Below the pieces are notes generated by a model that had not been told where the DNA came from, made no database searches, and was given only the letters and a program-made list of their open reading frames with translations. A program made the translations under genes and the position numbers. From the NCBI GenBank assembly GCA_051362555.1, contig CM120641.1:32804401-32868400 (forward strand): 64,000 bases of DNA, given 5' to 3'. Positions 1 through 26,536 of this stretch are shown here, one piece after another (position 1 is the first letter of the stretch; every line of letters starts with the position of its first letter). Origin of the DNA: Lingula anatina. Taxonomy: Eukaryota > Animalia > Brachiopoda.

Positions 1-14430
<14,430 letters not shown>

Positions 14431-14954
14431 GAAAAAGGTACAAAAATGACCTGCTGTGCAGGATAGGCTCCCTCTCCATGGTAAGCTTTAGATGCCATTG
14501 GGAGGCAGTCAGATTTAGGAGGGGCAGATGGATGGATGTGACAACTCCATATTCTTTCTATAAAAGAGTTTATATTTCCAATATGCAGAACATTTCTTTG
14601 TAAAATATTGATTCTTTACATTAGAAGCATTTTTATAGTGTGCTAAGAAGAAACAATCCCAACCTTTCTATTTACCATAAAAAGAAGTCTTTCAGGCAGC
14701 TATGTGAATCCAAAAACATTGCAAAGGGGTGCTTTTTGTATGATAATAAATATAAAATATTGGTTTATTTTATTACAGTTTTTTCCACTTTTTTTCTTTA
14801 TTAATTTTTTTTTTAGATGTTTTTGAGACAATGATAATAATTTGGCCAGCTTACACATTTTGAGGCATGTAGTGTCTCAAAATCAAAATAATATTCCAGC
14901 ATAGTGTGTCCATTGAAAAATTGAGCCAAACACTACTATAGAGTTTGAGATGGA

Positions 14955-16200
14955 AAACAAGGCAGCAAAGCTGTCAAATGTACAGACAAAAAACAGAAAA
15001 TAAAGATGCAAAATAGGTCATTTTGTCAATTTTGATGCAATAATAAATAATGCTTATTATAGCACTGTCAGTCAACACTGAATTTTAATCATGCACAACA
15101 GGTAACATGGTCAATAACAGGAGTAGACCCAGAGATATTGCAAAATTTACCTGCATAATTATCACTGCTTCCTTATTATTAATCTAGCAGACTGGCTTAA
15201 TCTTTGGGAGTTTACAGGGAAATATCAACAACTGTGCTTTATGTAATCTCATTTAATAACCTATTAATTAGGCAAATGACTTTATAACTCTGAACTTAGC
15301 TTAGTGATACCCAAGGGAAATTTACAGACTGACCCTCTCAAAGGTCTTTCAGGCCCATAAGTCACATCTTAAGAAAAGCACAAAGTAATAATGCACAAAA
15401 TAGGATGCTGTCAATTCTGATGCAATACTATATTACGCTTAACTGCAAAGTCAACATCAAATTTAAATTATGCAAAACAGGTAATACCGATGAAAGTAAA
15501 AGCAGGCCCATGAGAGTTCAAGTTCATACTTAGAAAATGCCAGAATGAGAAAAATGAGAATTTCACAAAAAGTTGCGTTAATTCAATAAAAAATGATAAT
15601 CCAATAGAGCTGGTTTTCTTATTTGAGCTGTATGTCAATCCTAAGAATCATTCTTTTAAGCTAAAAAAAAAATAAGTAACATAGTTTGCTTTTTATCATA
15701 ACGTTTGTGATGACAGTGCACGAAGTTGGCTTTTTGTCAATTTTGATGCAATATTACATAATGATTAACTATAATTACCACCATTTATTTTTATTAATAA
15801 CGTAGTCATTTAGAAAATTTGATTACCACTGGGCTTCATGACCATGGGAGTTCCAAGTCCCACATTGAAAATGCCAATATATGAAAGATAACAACTTCAC
15901 AAACATGTACAACAGAAAAAGAAACCAATTAGATTGCTTTTCCAACACAGGCTGCATTTTAGACCTGTGTTTCTTTCCTGTAAGTTTTAAGAAGAGTAAG
16001 TAACATGGTTTTTCTTTAATGGTCACTATAAAAGCAGTGTCCAAAATAGAGGTTTCTTCATTTTCGTTGCAATATTACATAATGCATAATGACCATCAAT
16101 TTTAATAATGAAATAAAATTATCATGGATATTCAGACTAGCAAAGGTCTTCAAACCCATGGAAGTTCAAAGTCACACCTTGAAAATGTCGATATGTGAAA
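14955..16200 (+). mobile_element. 5' fragment of the large Helentron-associated non-autonomous repeat family
   Basis: Starts AAACAAG...GCTGTCAAATGTACAGAC, matching 41323 onward; further blocks match 36180-37250 and 42210-43250. Confidence 0.8.
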
Positions 16201-18275
16201 AATTTAAGGATGAGTGCAGATAACCATTGGCAAAGTGCCCATCGTCAATTTTTTAAATAATTTGCTATTATAAAGTTTATGCATATATTTGTTGTGTGAA
16301 AAAATATTATTTGGTTTGAGGCATCGTTTGAGCCATGAGGTATCGTATTTTTAATGAGTAATATGTGGGGGTGGAGGTAACCAGATTTACCTGTTGTATG
16401 CAGTCTAATATGAATCAGAGCAAGTTATTTCAGCATATATATTGCATAAATAATTTTTTCTAATGAAACTTGTCTTGTGGTGAAAAAAAGAGTTATATGT
16501 TAAATAATTGCGATGTGGCACAAGTAAATGGGAAAGTAATTGTTTTTTTTTTGTTTGTTTGTTTGTTTTTTTTTAATCCTAGAGAAGAGAGGGAGGGGTG
16601 GTGTATTACAATATTTTCTCACAGAAACCATCACTGATTTCACTCAACTGTATAAAAGTCTTGTAACTAGAAAAACTTGTATCAGCGTATTTATTAATTT
16701 TATATAACTTTTCTCACAGACCAGCATTTGTTGGTCTAAATAATTATATTGTTAACCAATACACATTTTGTACAAAGCCCTATAGAATAGTAAAAAATGC
16801 TAAAAGCAAAAGGCTGTTACAGTAACACAAAAAAATCATGTGTTAAAGCACTCTAAACACCTATTTGGAATGTTTCCATTAACCATACAATAAACAAGGT
16901 ATAAATTGTACCAAAATAATGATAAGGTAAAAGTAAAAACTAAATGAAAATATAGTACATATAATAACAGTAATGGCCAATAATCTGTATGACAATGAAA
17001 ATAAATCACCTAAAAAGTACTTCATATATGATAATGTATGTGATAAAGACCTTGTATAGAAAGCAATGCAAGAGTTATTTTATACAAAATATATAAATAT
17101 GAGAATAAAAAATGTATAATAAACAATAGATAATTAATCAGATGTGCTGTCTGAAACACTTTCTGCCTCGCTAATACTCTCACCACTTGATGTTGGTAAA
17201 TGCAAGAAGTTATAATGAGACTCTTTATAACTTCTTGGTAAATGTGAGGCATCCTATCTCCCTACCTCCCCCCCCCCCCCCCCCCCCACGCACACACACA
17301 CACACAAACACACACGCAAAAGTTTTTTTAAACCATGCCAGTTCTGAACTGTGAATAGGGGAACTATGGGTCGCTGCATGCCATCTTCTTTCAAGCAAAT
17401 CAAAGAAATGTTAAAATATTTAAGCAATTATAAATAGTAACTAAAACATTTTAATTTAAAAATCACACCAAGCATATTATCTTTTCGTTATCCTTTCTCC
17501 TTGCAAAATCAAAGCAACCAAAAAAACTGGACAACTCCACATAAATATTAATAGCAAAAATGTATTATCACTTTATCTTTATTGTCATCATCTGTGAAAC
17601 AAGATATGAAATGAAAGTTTCTTCAAAGTGCATTGTGGATCAGTGTATATTGTGGATAAGTGTTTCAGTGTACGCGGACAAGGTCGTTCAATGACGGCCT
17701 GGGGCAGGTTAGTAAACTTCAAGTTGATATCATGTCAACAAGATGCAAGGACACTGTCAATCACAATTAGGGGAGAGGCATGCGTGGTTTCCCTTCAAAA
17801 ACTATTATAGCCTAACATTGATTCTTCCCTCCGAAGTAATTGTGTGATTTTTTTCTTTTTAAACAAAAAAGTTAAGGTATGAAAACGCTGAATGTATTTC
17901 AAACGTAGGTGTATATACAATACAAATAATGAAATCTGTGTCTCACTCTCACACGACACCCCCGCGTCCAAACTGACAGGATGGTGGCGACAGCAACGCC
18001 CCCAGTCGACAATCTAAGATTGGAAGTCTATGAGCGATAGACTAATTAATGCCAAATTTCCGCATGACAACGATTTATAGACTCCCGGGAATTACTTTCC
18101 CTCAACGCTCTTTGTCGCGCTGGCGGTCAATGCAGCATTTATTTCAAAACAAGTTGACCGCAAATTAAGCACGATTTTGCACCTTCAAGTTCCGTGTCAC
18201 GTTTTCATATCATGCATCTTTTATTTCTACAAGTATTCTCTGCCCAAAATGCGTAAAAAAAGAGAGTTATCTTAC

Positions 18276-18390
18276 CAGGTTGTTTAGAAAACTTCTTTTT
18301 CCCCTGACTACACGTCTTCTCTCCCGTTCACCTCCAGGTTAAAATGACCACTCAGCTTCGCTTCTAACACCACTACACGTCACTTCCGGG
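18276..18390 (-). promoter_or_regulatory. Candidate housekeeping-type promoter with non-coding first exon
   Basis: CCGGAAGTGACGTG (ETS-CRE composite) on the minus strand at 18376-18389, local CpG enrichment 17950-18400, donor CTG|GTAAGA at 18276/18275. Confidence 0.5.
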
Positions 18391-19289
18391 CACAATCAGT
18401 CTTCTCCGATTCCCTTTATTAACACACGTAGGAACTGCAAGTCTTCAAAATGGTTGAATAAGTTTAAATCAGTGAAAAGGGATCCAAAAAATATTTTTTC
18501 ATTTTAATACTTATCATTCATCAGCTTTTGCATTTTCCATCTATTTTATCTCAGCTGCTTATGATAAGTGTTTAAATCATCAATTAATTCTCGTAAAATA
18601 TAAATAGTTTAAGTCATGAATAATCCTTAGATATACACCCAATGCATATTTTCAAAGATGCCAGTGTGTTATTGTGATGTTATACAAGTTGTTATTATTT
18701 TAACAAAAGTTAAAAGAAAATGATAAAAAAAAAAAAAAAACCAGACTAAGATATGGGTCCCGTGACAATCTTCCTTCTACAATTTAAGTGTGAATAACTA
18801 GTAACTATGAAAACAGGAACTCACAAACAATATTACAATCACCATTTACCGAATCTGTATTAATTATTACTTTCAACCTTAAAACATTTAAGTCAACCAT
18901 GAAACAATCTATAAGAGAATTGAATTGTGTTAATGGTATGGCAACTCCTGAGAACATCTTCAGTTATAATATAATGGCAGTGTTCCAAAACCACGATACA
19001 TATTAAATACAGGCTTGCTTAAATCTTAAACGGAAAGGAAGCATTATCAAGTGTTGCACCTGCTCAGCAAAGCTGCAAATTTTATTTTGCAGCATCACAA
19101 TTTCACTAGCACAAATCAGTAATAACTGTTAGTATATTTGTAACATATTTAATATTCGTCATTTGCCTCTAATCTTCGCTTAACATTATTAAAATATTAC
19201 CACACATATTTATGATAAATGTATGCATATTTGTAATAACTAAATTTTGTCATTTGCTACGGGAATGGGGGGGGGGGGGTCTTAAAAAT

Positions 19290-19793
19290 AAAAATTTTGG
19301 GCCGCAATTCCCACAGCAAATATGAAGGAGTACCAGTAGATAAGGCCGGTGCCATGAAACTGAGGGTCCGTGTGACAGAAAGTCCGTCCTCCATATAGTT
19401 AGGGTTAGTTTGACCTAAGTAGGTCAAAATCTAGGGCGAGGCTCACTTGTACAAATGAATGGGAAGCGGACTCTCTGTCATGGGGGACTTTCTGGTACAT
19501 GTCACCGGTGATGGCACAGAAATGGGAAAATTCTTGGTTTTGTCTAGTTTTGCTTGCATTATACATTTATATAAAATCTGATTCTCAAAATAAATGCAAT
19601 CGGCAAGTATTATGCTACAGGGATGGGAGTGAGGTGTTCTTAAGAATAAAAAAATTGGGCCTTAATTCCCTCAGCAAATATAAAATAGTGCCAGTAGATA
19701 AGGACAATAATGGCACAAGGATGGAAAAAATCTTGGTTTTGTCTAGTTTTGCTTGCTATATGCATTTATATAAAAAATTGGGCCTCAATTCCC

Positions 19794-19839
<46 letters not shown>

Positions 19840-19940
19840 GTGCCAGTAGATAAGGATAACAATGGCACAGGAATGGGAAAAAACTAGTTTTTTTCTCGTT
19901 TTACTTGTGTTATAGTCAAGAACATATACATTTATACACA
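19290..19940. repeat. ~120-bp diverged tandem repeat (3 copies); first copy interrupted by a small MITE (19346-19508), third has a poly(A) expansion
   Basis: Unit TTGGGCC..AATTCCC.CAGCAAA..AGT.CCAGTAGATAAGG..ATGGCACA..; the insert has CCGGTG.CATG / CATG.CACCGG ends and an inner TGACAGA.AGTCCG inverted pair. Confidence 0.75.
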
Positions 19941-20059
19941 ATGTACCCCTTCGTTAACATTAAGAGGTGTTGGGTTCTTAAATCTACAGTGGGATTTATT
20001 TAAGTAAGATAGTTACTTCTCTAATTTGACTCAGGAAAGTCTAGGTAACGGCTCGAGTT

Positions 20060-20220
20060 ATTCCTGGGGCTCCGTAACTTAAAAGCATGCGTATTGCGAA
20101 CGGCGATATCACATAGAGGCTACAGTGTATTACATGGGGCGAGCATGGGCAAGTAATGGAATCGAGGCGCTTGCGCTCGGTCGCAATGCGCGCTGCTTTC
20201 GAGTTACGGGGCCCGGGAGA
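20060..20220. mobile_element. Small GC-rich MITE
   Basis: CCTGGGGCTCCGTAACTTAAAAGC is an imperfect inverted repeat of GCTTTCGAGTTACGGGGCCCGGG. Confidence 0.6.
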
Positions 20221-23200
20221 GCAAAGTAACGCAGCACCACAGCTTTGTATCCAAAAACCAAAATTCAATTCATTACCTGGACATCGGCTAGTTTTATGGA
20301 AGAAATTGGAGTGACAGAAATAGTGACGAAATTGTAAAAGTTTAAGTGAGGCGAAAGAGGATAATTTCTACTAATGATTAAACGAGCATACATGCGAGTC
20401 CATTTAAATTTATTTGCAAGTCTCGCTTTTTTTTAGCGATCTGTACACGACCACTTTTTTTTTACAGAAAAAAAAAAAAAAAGAAAAATAAAATTATAGA
20501 ATATTTTTTATTCAACTATTATGTACAATTTTGAATATTTACAGTTGATTTAAAAAGGACTAATAATCAGTAATGAACTACGTAAACGCAATGAATTAAT
20601 ACATAGCAGTATTATCAAAAGTTCTAAGATTTTCCATCGTCTTCATCTAGCGTCGGAACGCACACAGTCCGATAATGCAGGTCTTATGGTCGGAAACTGG
20701 TACCAGATGCTCTCGGGCCGTGGGGAAAAACCCGTCTAAACCCTTCGTGGGGAATGCCGGGAAAGTGCCCACGCCCGGATAATTCGGTCCTTATAACATG
20801 ACTAAATCGGTTTCTATTGGCACGGCGCTGCGTACAGTTCAAGAATCGTCCCGTTTTAGACAGCATTGTGTGACGGAATAACCTTTGTGTTGACTAACTA
20901 TTCTCTATATATACTATACACGAGGTGAAGCATAAAAACTTATTATTAAAGTAATTCTTATAGAAAAAGGCACTGAAGCCAATAAATAACTATCAAGAGA
21001 CATAACAATTAAACAGAATCATTTTGACTTTATCTTGGAGAATTCATAAATAAAGTTAATCATTTTACAACTGCAAGCATCTTTCAAAACTTGATTATAG
21101 TTCTCTTTATGATAAAATGCAAACAGATTCAAGTAATATGATTATAACTCGGGAATATCAATGATTTCAACTAAACTTTGATATATAATTCGACTTAAAA
21201 TACCAGGTTTCTAAAATGTAACTTTGCACTGAAATCGCAACTACCTGCATGATACAAGTACAGAATAAAGCAAGCTTGCTTCAAAATATTTCGGATCTCA
21301 CATTACACTGTATGACCGCCCATGTAAATTTCAATCTGAATTTTTTTGATCCGGAGAAAAGGTGCATATGTGATGAAGTGGATGTATTTGTCAAGTATAA
21401 CACTTGAGAAAATCTGAATATTAGTAATGTGATCTCTATCTTGAGAGATGACAGCATCTCTCAAGAAGAGCAGACTGTACAAAAAATATAATGAAATATT
21501 TTCTCACACGTAAAATATTTCATTACAGATTTTGCACAATCTATCAATGTAAAATCTCTTCATGTAAAAGCGTTTACATGAAGTCAGATTTTACAAAGAT
21601 GTGAGGGTTTGTTAGTAAGGTTAGTGTGCAGGTTAAGACTTTTTCAAATGCCATACTGACAAACAGCTCCACATCATCAAAAGCACAAATATGAAAAATG
21701 ACCATCTCAGATTGAAACAAAACACAGACGACCACAAGTGGTGGGAATGTTTTTGTGAGCAAAAAACTATCTGCATTCAGAATGTGGATAAAGCAACTCT
21801 ATATTCAAATTTATTAATATAATAATTATAGCAACTGTAGAGGTAGACTTTTCCTACAGAAGCACACATCTTATTCAATTGATCTTGTATATGGAATGAA
21901 GAATTATCTTGAACCTCAGTTTTCTCTTCTGTTATTGAAATAAAATGGTTCACTGCATAAGGCATAAAATACAAATGAAATTTGATGCAATTTCACCTTG
22001 ACATGTTTGTGACCCATGAACCCCAAATATTCTCAGCATCCAAAAGACTGATACATTATTAGACTGTATTCCCACTACATTCAGTACTGTATATTGCCTC
22101 ATTACCATTCCACATTCTTTATATTTGTTTGCAGAACAAGCCGTGTCCTTCAACACCAAAACTCGTGGGATGTCCGAGCATCCATGAAAGTGTCCACAGG
22201 GCTCCTTGCTAACGCTGTACAGTGTTCAACATCTTGGACATTTGGTCTTGGGTCGACGTTATCTGACATCATGCAGGCGTAATTATTGGAAAACTCCCAA
22301 TTCGTAGCCTACAAATGAAATCCAACTTTTACTCAAAAGTATGAAAAGCTATATCGAAAGCTTGCAGTAACTGCAACAAAGAAAGTATATCACTGGTATT
22401 TACACACCGTTAACATTAATGAAAAGCTTGGTTCTTAAAATGATCAGAGCGTTATTTCCAAATGTACAGTGAAATATGCTTCCTTTATTGAAATATATAT
22501 ATATTAACTTTTTAGAGTAAGTAGACAGCAGTCTTCAAAAAATAAATTATTTCAAACATTTGACAAAAAAGTAAGAAAAGATGTTGCTATATTGAATATT
22601 GTAATGTTAGCCTACATGTTAAATTGTTGACTGTCTGTGCTACTTCTAATTCTACTGTTTGTTTACATAGGATATAGTTTTTGATCACTGTCAATAATAA
22701 GAAATGCCATAATACACCAATAATAATACTTAAAAAATTCAGAACCACTTTTCTTAAGTTGTTGATCCCCAATAACTTACAAAGTTATCTGTATAAAGAT
22801 CCCTCAATCCTGAAGAAGTGTTTCATCTGGAGGTTTGGTAGTTGCAATCTTCATTTTTAGAATCCACCACTTTTGGTAGCCTGCAAATTTAAATTATTAC
22901 TTCAAAATGTAATAAAAGTCAACCATTTGTATATGAAATGTGTTTTTAAAGTTTCAGCAGTTTGATGGGAAATAAATATAAAAAGCACTTTTGTCACATA
23001 CTTGGAAAAAACATTCAAGCGAAATATTTTGACATGCCACTGGCGACCTTCAGACTTAATGTCACAATGGGGTATTGCACAAATTAGTTTTAACGAAGGA
23101 AAAGGAACACTAACAGCATTTAAACGACTCTACTCAAAGACAAGTTTAAGTAAAGCCTGAACAATCTAGATCCAGCGGGAGGAGTGTACTAGTATTCCAT

Positions 23201-23529
23201 CAAGTGTTTAATTTGTGAAGGATTTATATGGGAGAGACAAAGAGAAAGTTGAACGTTAGAGTTAAAGAACACGGGAAGGAATAAGAAAGGGTACCGAAGA
23301 GGGAAAAATACACTACAGCCCAAGGTAGCCTTCTGCTACAACGAACCATCACAAAAAACATTGATTGGGAGAGTGCCAAGATTCTACAAAAAGAAAGTGA
23401 CTGGAGAACAAGAGGCGTAAAGGGAGGCATATAAACCAGGAAAATGCCTAACAATCTGAACAATATAGAGAGATGGAAATAAATACTCACTTCTACGGTG
23501 GCCTTTTATTACCACAACCACAGCACTGG

Positions 23530-24207
23530 AGGTGGGGGTGGTAGCTGCTAGTATACAATTTCTGGACCAGTGACAACGTCCCGGAGTCACATTGGTGGTG
23601 GGTGTTGGGGGCGGTAGCTCCAAGTATTCTGGACCAGTAACCACGCCCTAGAGTCACATTGGTGGTGGTGGGTGGTGGGGGCGGTAGCTCCAAGTAATCT
23701 GGACCACTGACCACGCCTCGGAGTCACATTGTTGGTGGTGGGTGGTGGGGGCGGTAGCTCCAAGTAATCTGGACCAGTGACCACGCCCCGGAGTCACATT
23801 GGTGGCGGTGGGTGGTGGGGGCGGTAGCTCCAAGTAATCTGGACCAGTGACCACACCTCGGAGTCACATTGGTGGTGGTGGGTGGTGGGGGCGGTAGCTC
23901 CAAGTAATCTGGACCAGTGACCACGCCCCGGAGTCACATTGGTGGCGGTGGGTGGTGGGGGCGGTAGCTCCAAGTAATCTGGACCAGTGACCACACCTCG
24001 GAGTCACATTGGTGGTGGTGGGTGGTGGGGGCGGTAGCTCCAAGTAATCTGGACCACTGACCACGCCTCGGAGTCACATTGGTGGTGGTGGGTGGTGGGG
24101 GCGGTAGCTCCAAGTAATCTGGACCAGTGACCACGCCCCGGAGTCACATTGGTGGTGGTGGGTGGTGGGGGCGGTAGCTCCAAGTGATCTGGACCATTGA
24201 CAACGTC
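23530..24207. repeat. 70-bp G-rich minisatellite, ~9.5 copies
   Basis: GAGTCACATT recurs at 23584, 23651, 23721, 23791, 23861, 23931, 24001, 24071, 24141. Confidence 0.97.
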
Positions 24208-25664
24208 CTGCAGAATATTGAGACTGTTGAGGATCTGAAAGTTGACGAATGGCATGTCAAAATATTTTGTATGAATGATAAGGTTTTTCCACATCTGTGA
24301 CAAATTAAAAGAGCTTTTTACCTGTGAAAAATGAGCACTGAATTTGCTAGAGTAAATTGTAAATAGAAAACAAATGCCTGCACCGAGTGACAGGTCCCAA
24401 ACATTCTTAAAACAATTGTCTAAGACCTTGCACAAAATGCTCAGTTTGTTGGAGTTGCACTGATAAAAGATTTGTATTATCTATACAATGAATGACAATC
24501 TAGTTCATTTACCCTTATCCTGTCCCATAACTTACCTTGAATGCTCTGTAATCACAACTACTGAAGGGCTCTTGAAACACTATGATATAGCTGACATGGC
24601 TTTCTCCATTTTAGCCTTGTTAACCTTGTTAAAATGGACCGTCATCAGGACAGGCGCTCGCCAATGCTATCTGCCTCAACTACAAAATAAAAAATTATAA
24701 GTCAAAAGTTTCCCTCTTTACTTCTCCCACCCAAATCCAATCTACTAACCATAAATATCTTAATCCTAGGAGTGGGTCATGGGTAAAAGACATTGCCTTC
24801 TGAATGTAAGCTGTCAAATTAATGTGGCTAACGGTTTTTAGTTTTTCAAGGTAAGAAAAATCACTTAAGTGTTTTGTTTTCCCCCAAAAACATGAGTGAT
24901 ATGTACCTTTTAAGGCTTGATAGGTTTCCATCTCTGTGAAACGCCATATGCTTCTGATGCTCCCCCATGCAGCCCCCTAACATACAGACCATGGCAGGAC
25001 TCAACCATGCACCAAGGATTGAATGCGACCCTCTTCTTGCACCTCTTTCAAAAAAGCGGGACTTTATCAGGAATTGCCCTAATTGAGTTCTGTAAATAGA
25101 AAGGAAAATTTGATTAGTTTTCAAAAATTGTATATCAAACGCAGTCTGCAGCCAGAAAAATTGTTGGAATCGGTAGATTTCCAGAATGTGTCAATTTGGT
25201 GACATGGCTGTTAGATTTTTTCTATAAGTATGAAGAAGAGCTTTTGATTTATTTTAAATGTAACTGTTACATCATGATTCGAGAAAAATGTCAAGGTCTT
25301 GTTAATACAAATATTAATGCAATCCAGTCTAGTCCTATTGAACTTTGTATTCGAACCAGTGAATCAAGATTCAGACATCTATATCTAGTTTTTAGGAAAG
25401 AAGGTGGACTGAATGGCCAGTAGGGTGAAAAGTTTATGGCACAGACTGCTGCTGAAAAATTAATTTTAGTGTATTGTTCTCGCCAGTAACACGGGTTACC
25501 TTGCAGGTTTTTCCGCCTCAGTGAAACACCATATGCTTCAGACGCTTCTCCAATGCAGCCTCTTCAACAGACCGTGGCAGGACTCACTGGCACCAAGGAT
25601 TGAGGGATGTATCGGAAGTGTGCACGTGGCCCTCTTCTCCTTGCAGTTGCCATGAAACGTTGGA

Positions 25665-26040
25665 CAGGACTCGCTGGACGCTTCCTAGTGCAGCCACCTC
25701 GTAGACAGACCATGGCAGGACTCGCTGGACGCTTCCCCAGTGCAGCCACCTCGTAGACGGACCATGGCAGGACTCGCTGGACGCTTCCCCAGTGCAGCCA
25801 CCTCGTAGACGGACCATGGCAGGACTCGCTGGACGCTTCCCCAGTGCAGCCACCTCGCAGACGGACCATGGCAGGACTCGCTGGACGCTTCCCCAGTGCA
25901 GCCACCTCGCAGATAGACCATGGCACGACTCGCTGGACGCTTCCTTAATGCAGCCACCTCGTAGACAGGCCATGACAGGACTCGCTGGACGCTTCCCCAG
26001 TGCAGCCACATCAGAGACAGACCATGGCAGGACTCGCTGG
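25665..26040. repeat. 52-bp GC-rich minisatellite, ~7 copies
   Basis: Unit CATGGCAGGACTCGCTGGACGCTTCCCCAGTGCAGCCACCTCGTAGACGGAC (25711, 25763, ...). Confidence 0.97.
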
Positions 26041-26207
26041 CACCAAGGAATGGTCAAAGTAGCTTAAGTGTAGATGTGGGACGTCTCCTTGCAGTTGTGT
26101 TCTGTCAACAGAAAGAAAAATGAATTAATGAATTTTCATACTATGTCAGCACTCTGCAGTCAGGCTTACCTTTAAGTGGTTTCCATCTCATTGAAACACC
26201 ATATGAC

Positions 26208-26478
26208 AAGACTCGCTGGACGCTTCCCCAGTGCAGCCACCTCGTAGACAGACCATGGCAGGACTCGCTGGACGCTACCCCTGTGCCGCCACCTCGTAGA
26301 CAGGCCATGGCAGGACTCGCTGGACGCTTCCCCTGTGCAGCCACCTCGTAGACAGGCCATGGCAGGACTCGCTGGACGCTTCCCCAGTGCAGCCACCTCG
26401 TAGACAGACCATGGCAGGACTCGCTGGACGCTTCCCCAGTGAAGCCACCTCGTAGAGAGACCATGGCAGGACTCGCTG
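26208..26478. repeat. Second array of the same 52-bp unit, ~5 copies
   Basis: Same unit as 25665-26040, separated from it by a 68-nt GT-AG intron candidate (26169-26102, minus strand). Confidence 0.95.
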
Positions 26479-26536
26479 GCTCCAAAGGATGGTCGAAGTA
26501 GCTTAAGTGTAGATGTGGGGTGTCTCCTTGCAGTTG

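Noticed and set aside
20647-20675. Helitron 3' terminus (hairpin + CTAG) on the minus strand
   Set aside because: Stem is only 5 bp, lies 2 nt from CTAG, and CTAG is followed by A rather than T; no matching 5' end identified.
22781-22880. In-frame TGA as selenocysteine in an exon candidate (..QTSR*NTSSG..)
   Set aside because: No selenoprotein homology or SECIS recognised, and neighbouring exons also contain stops.
23384-24435. Series of 66-aa proline-rich ORFs
   Set aside because: Artefacts of translating a 70-bp repeat; they use alternative start codons and each ends at the same TGA.
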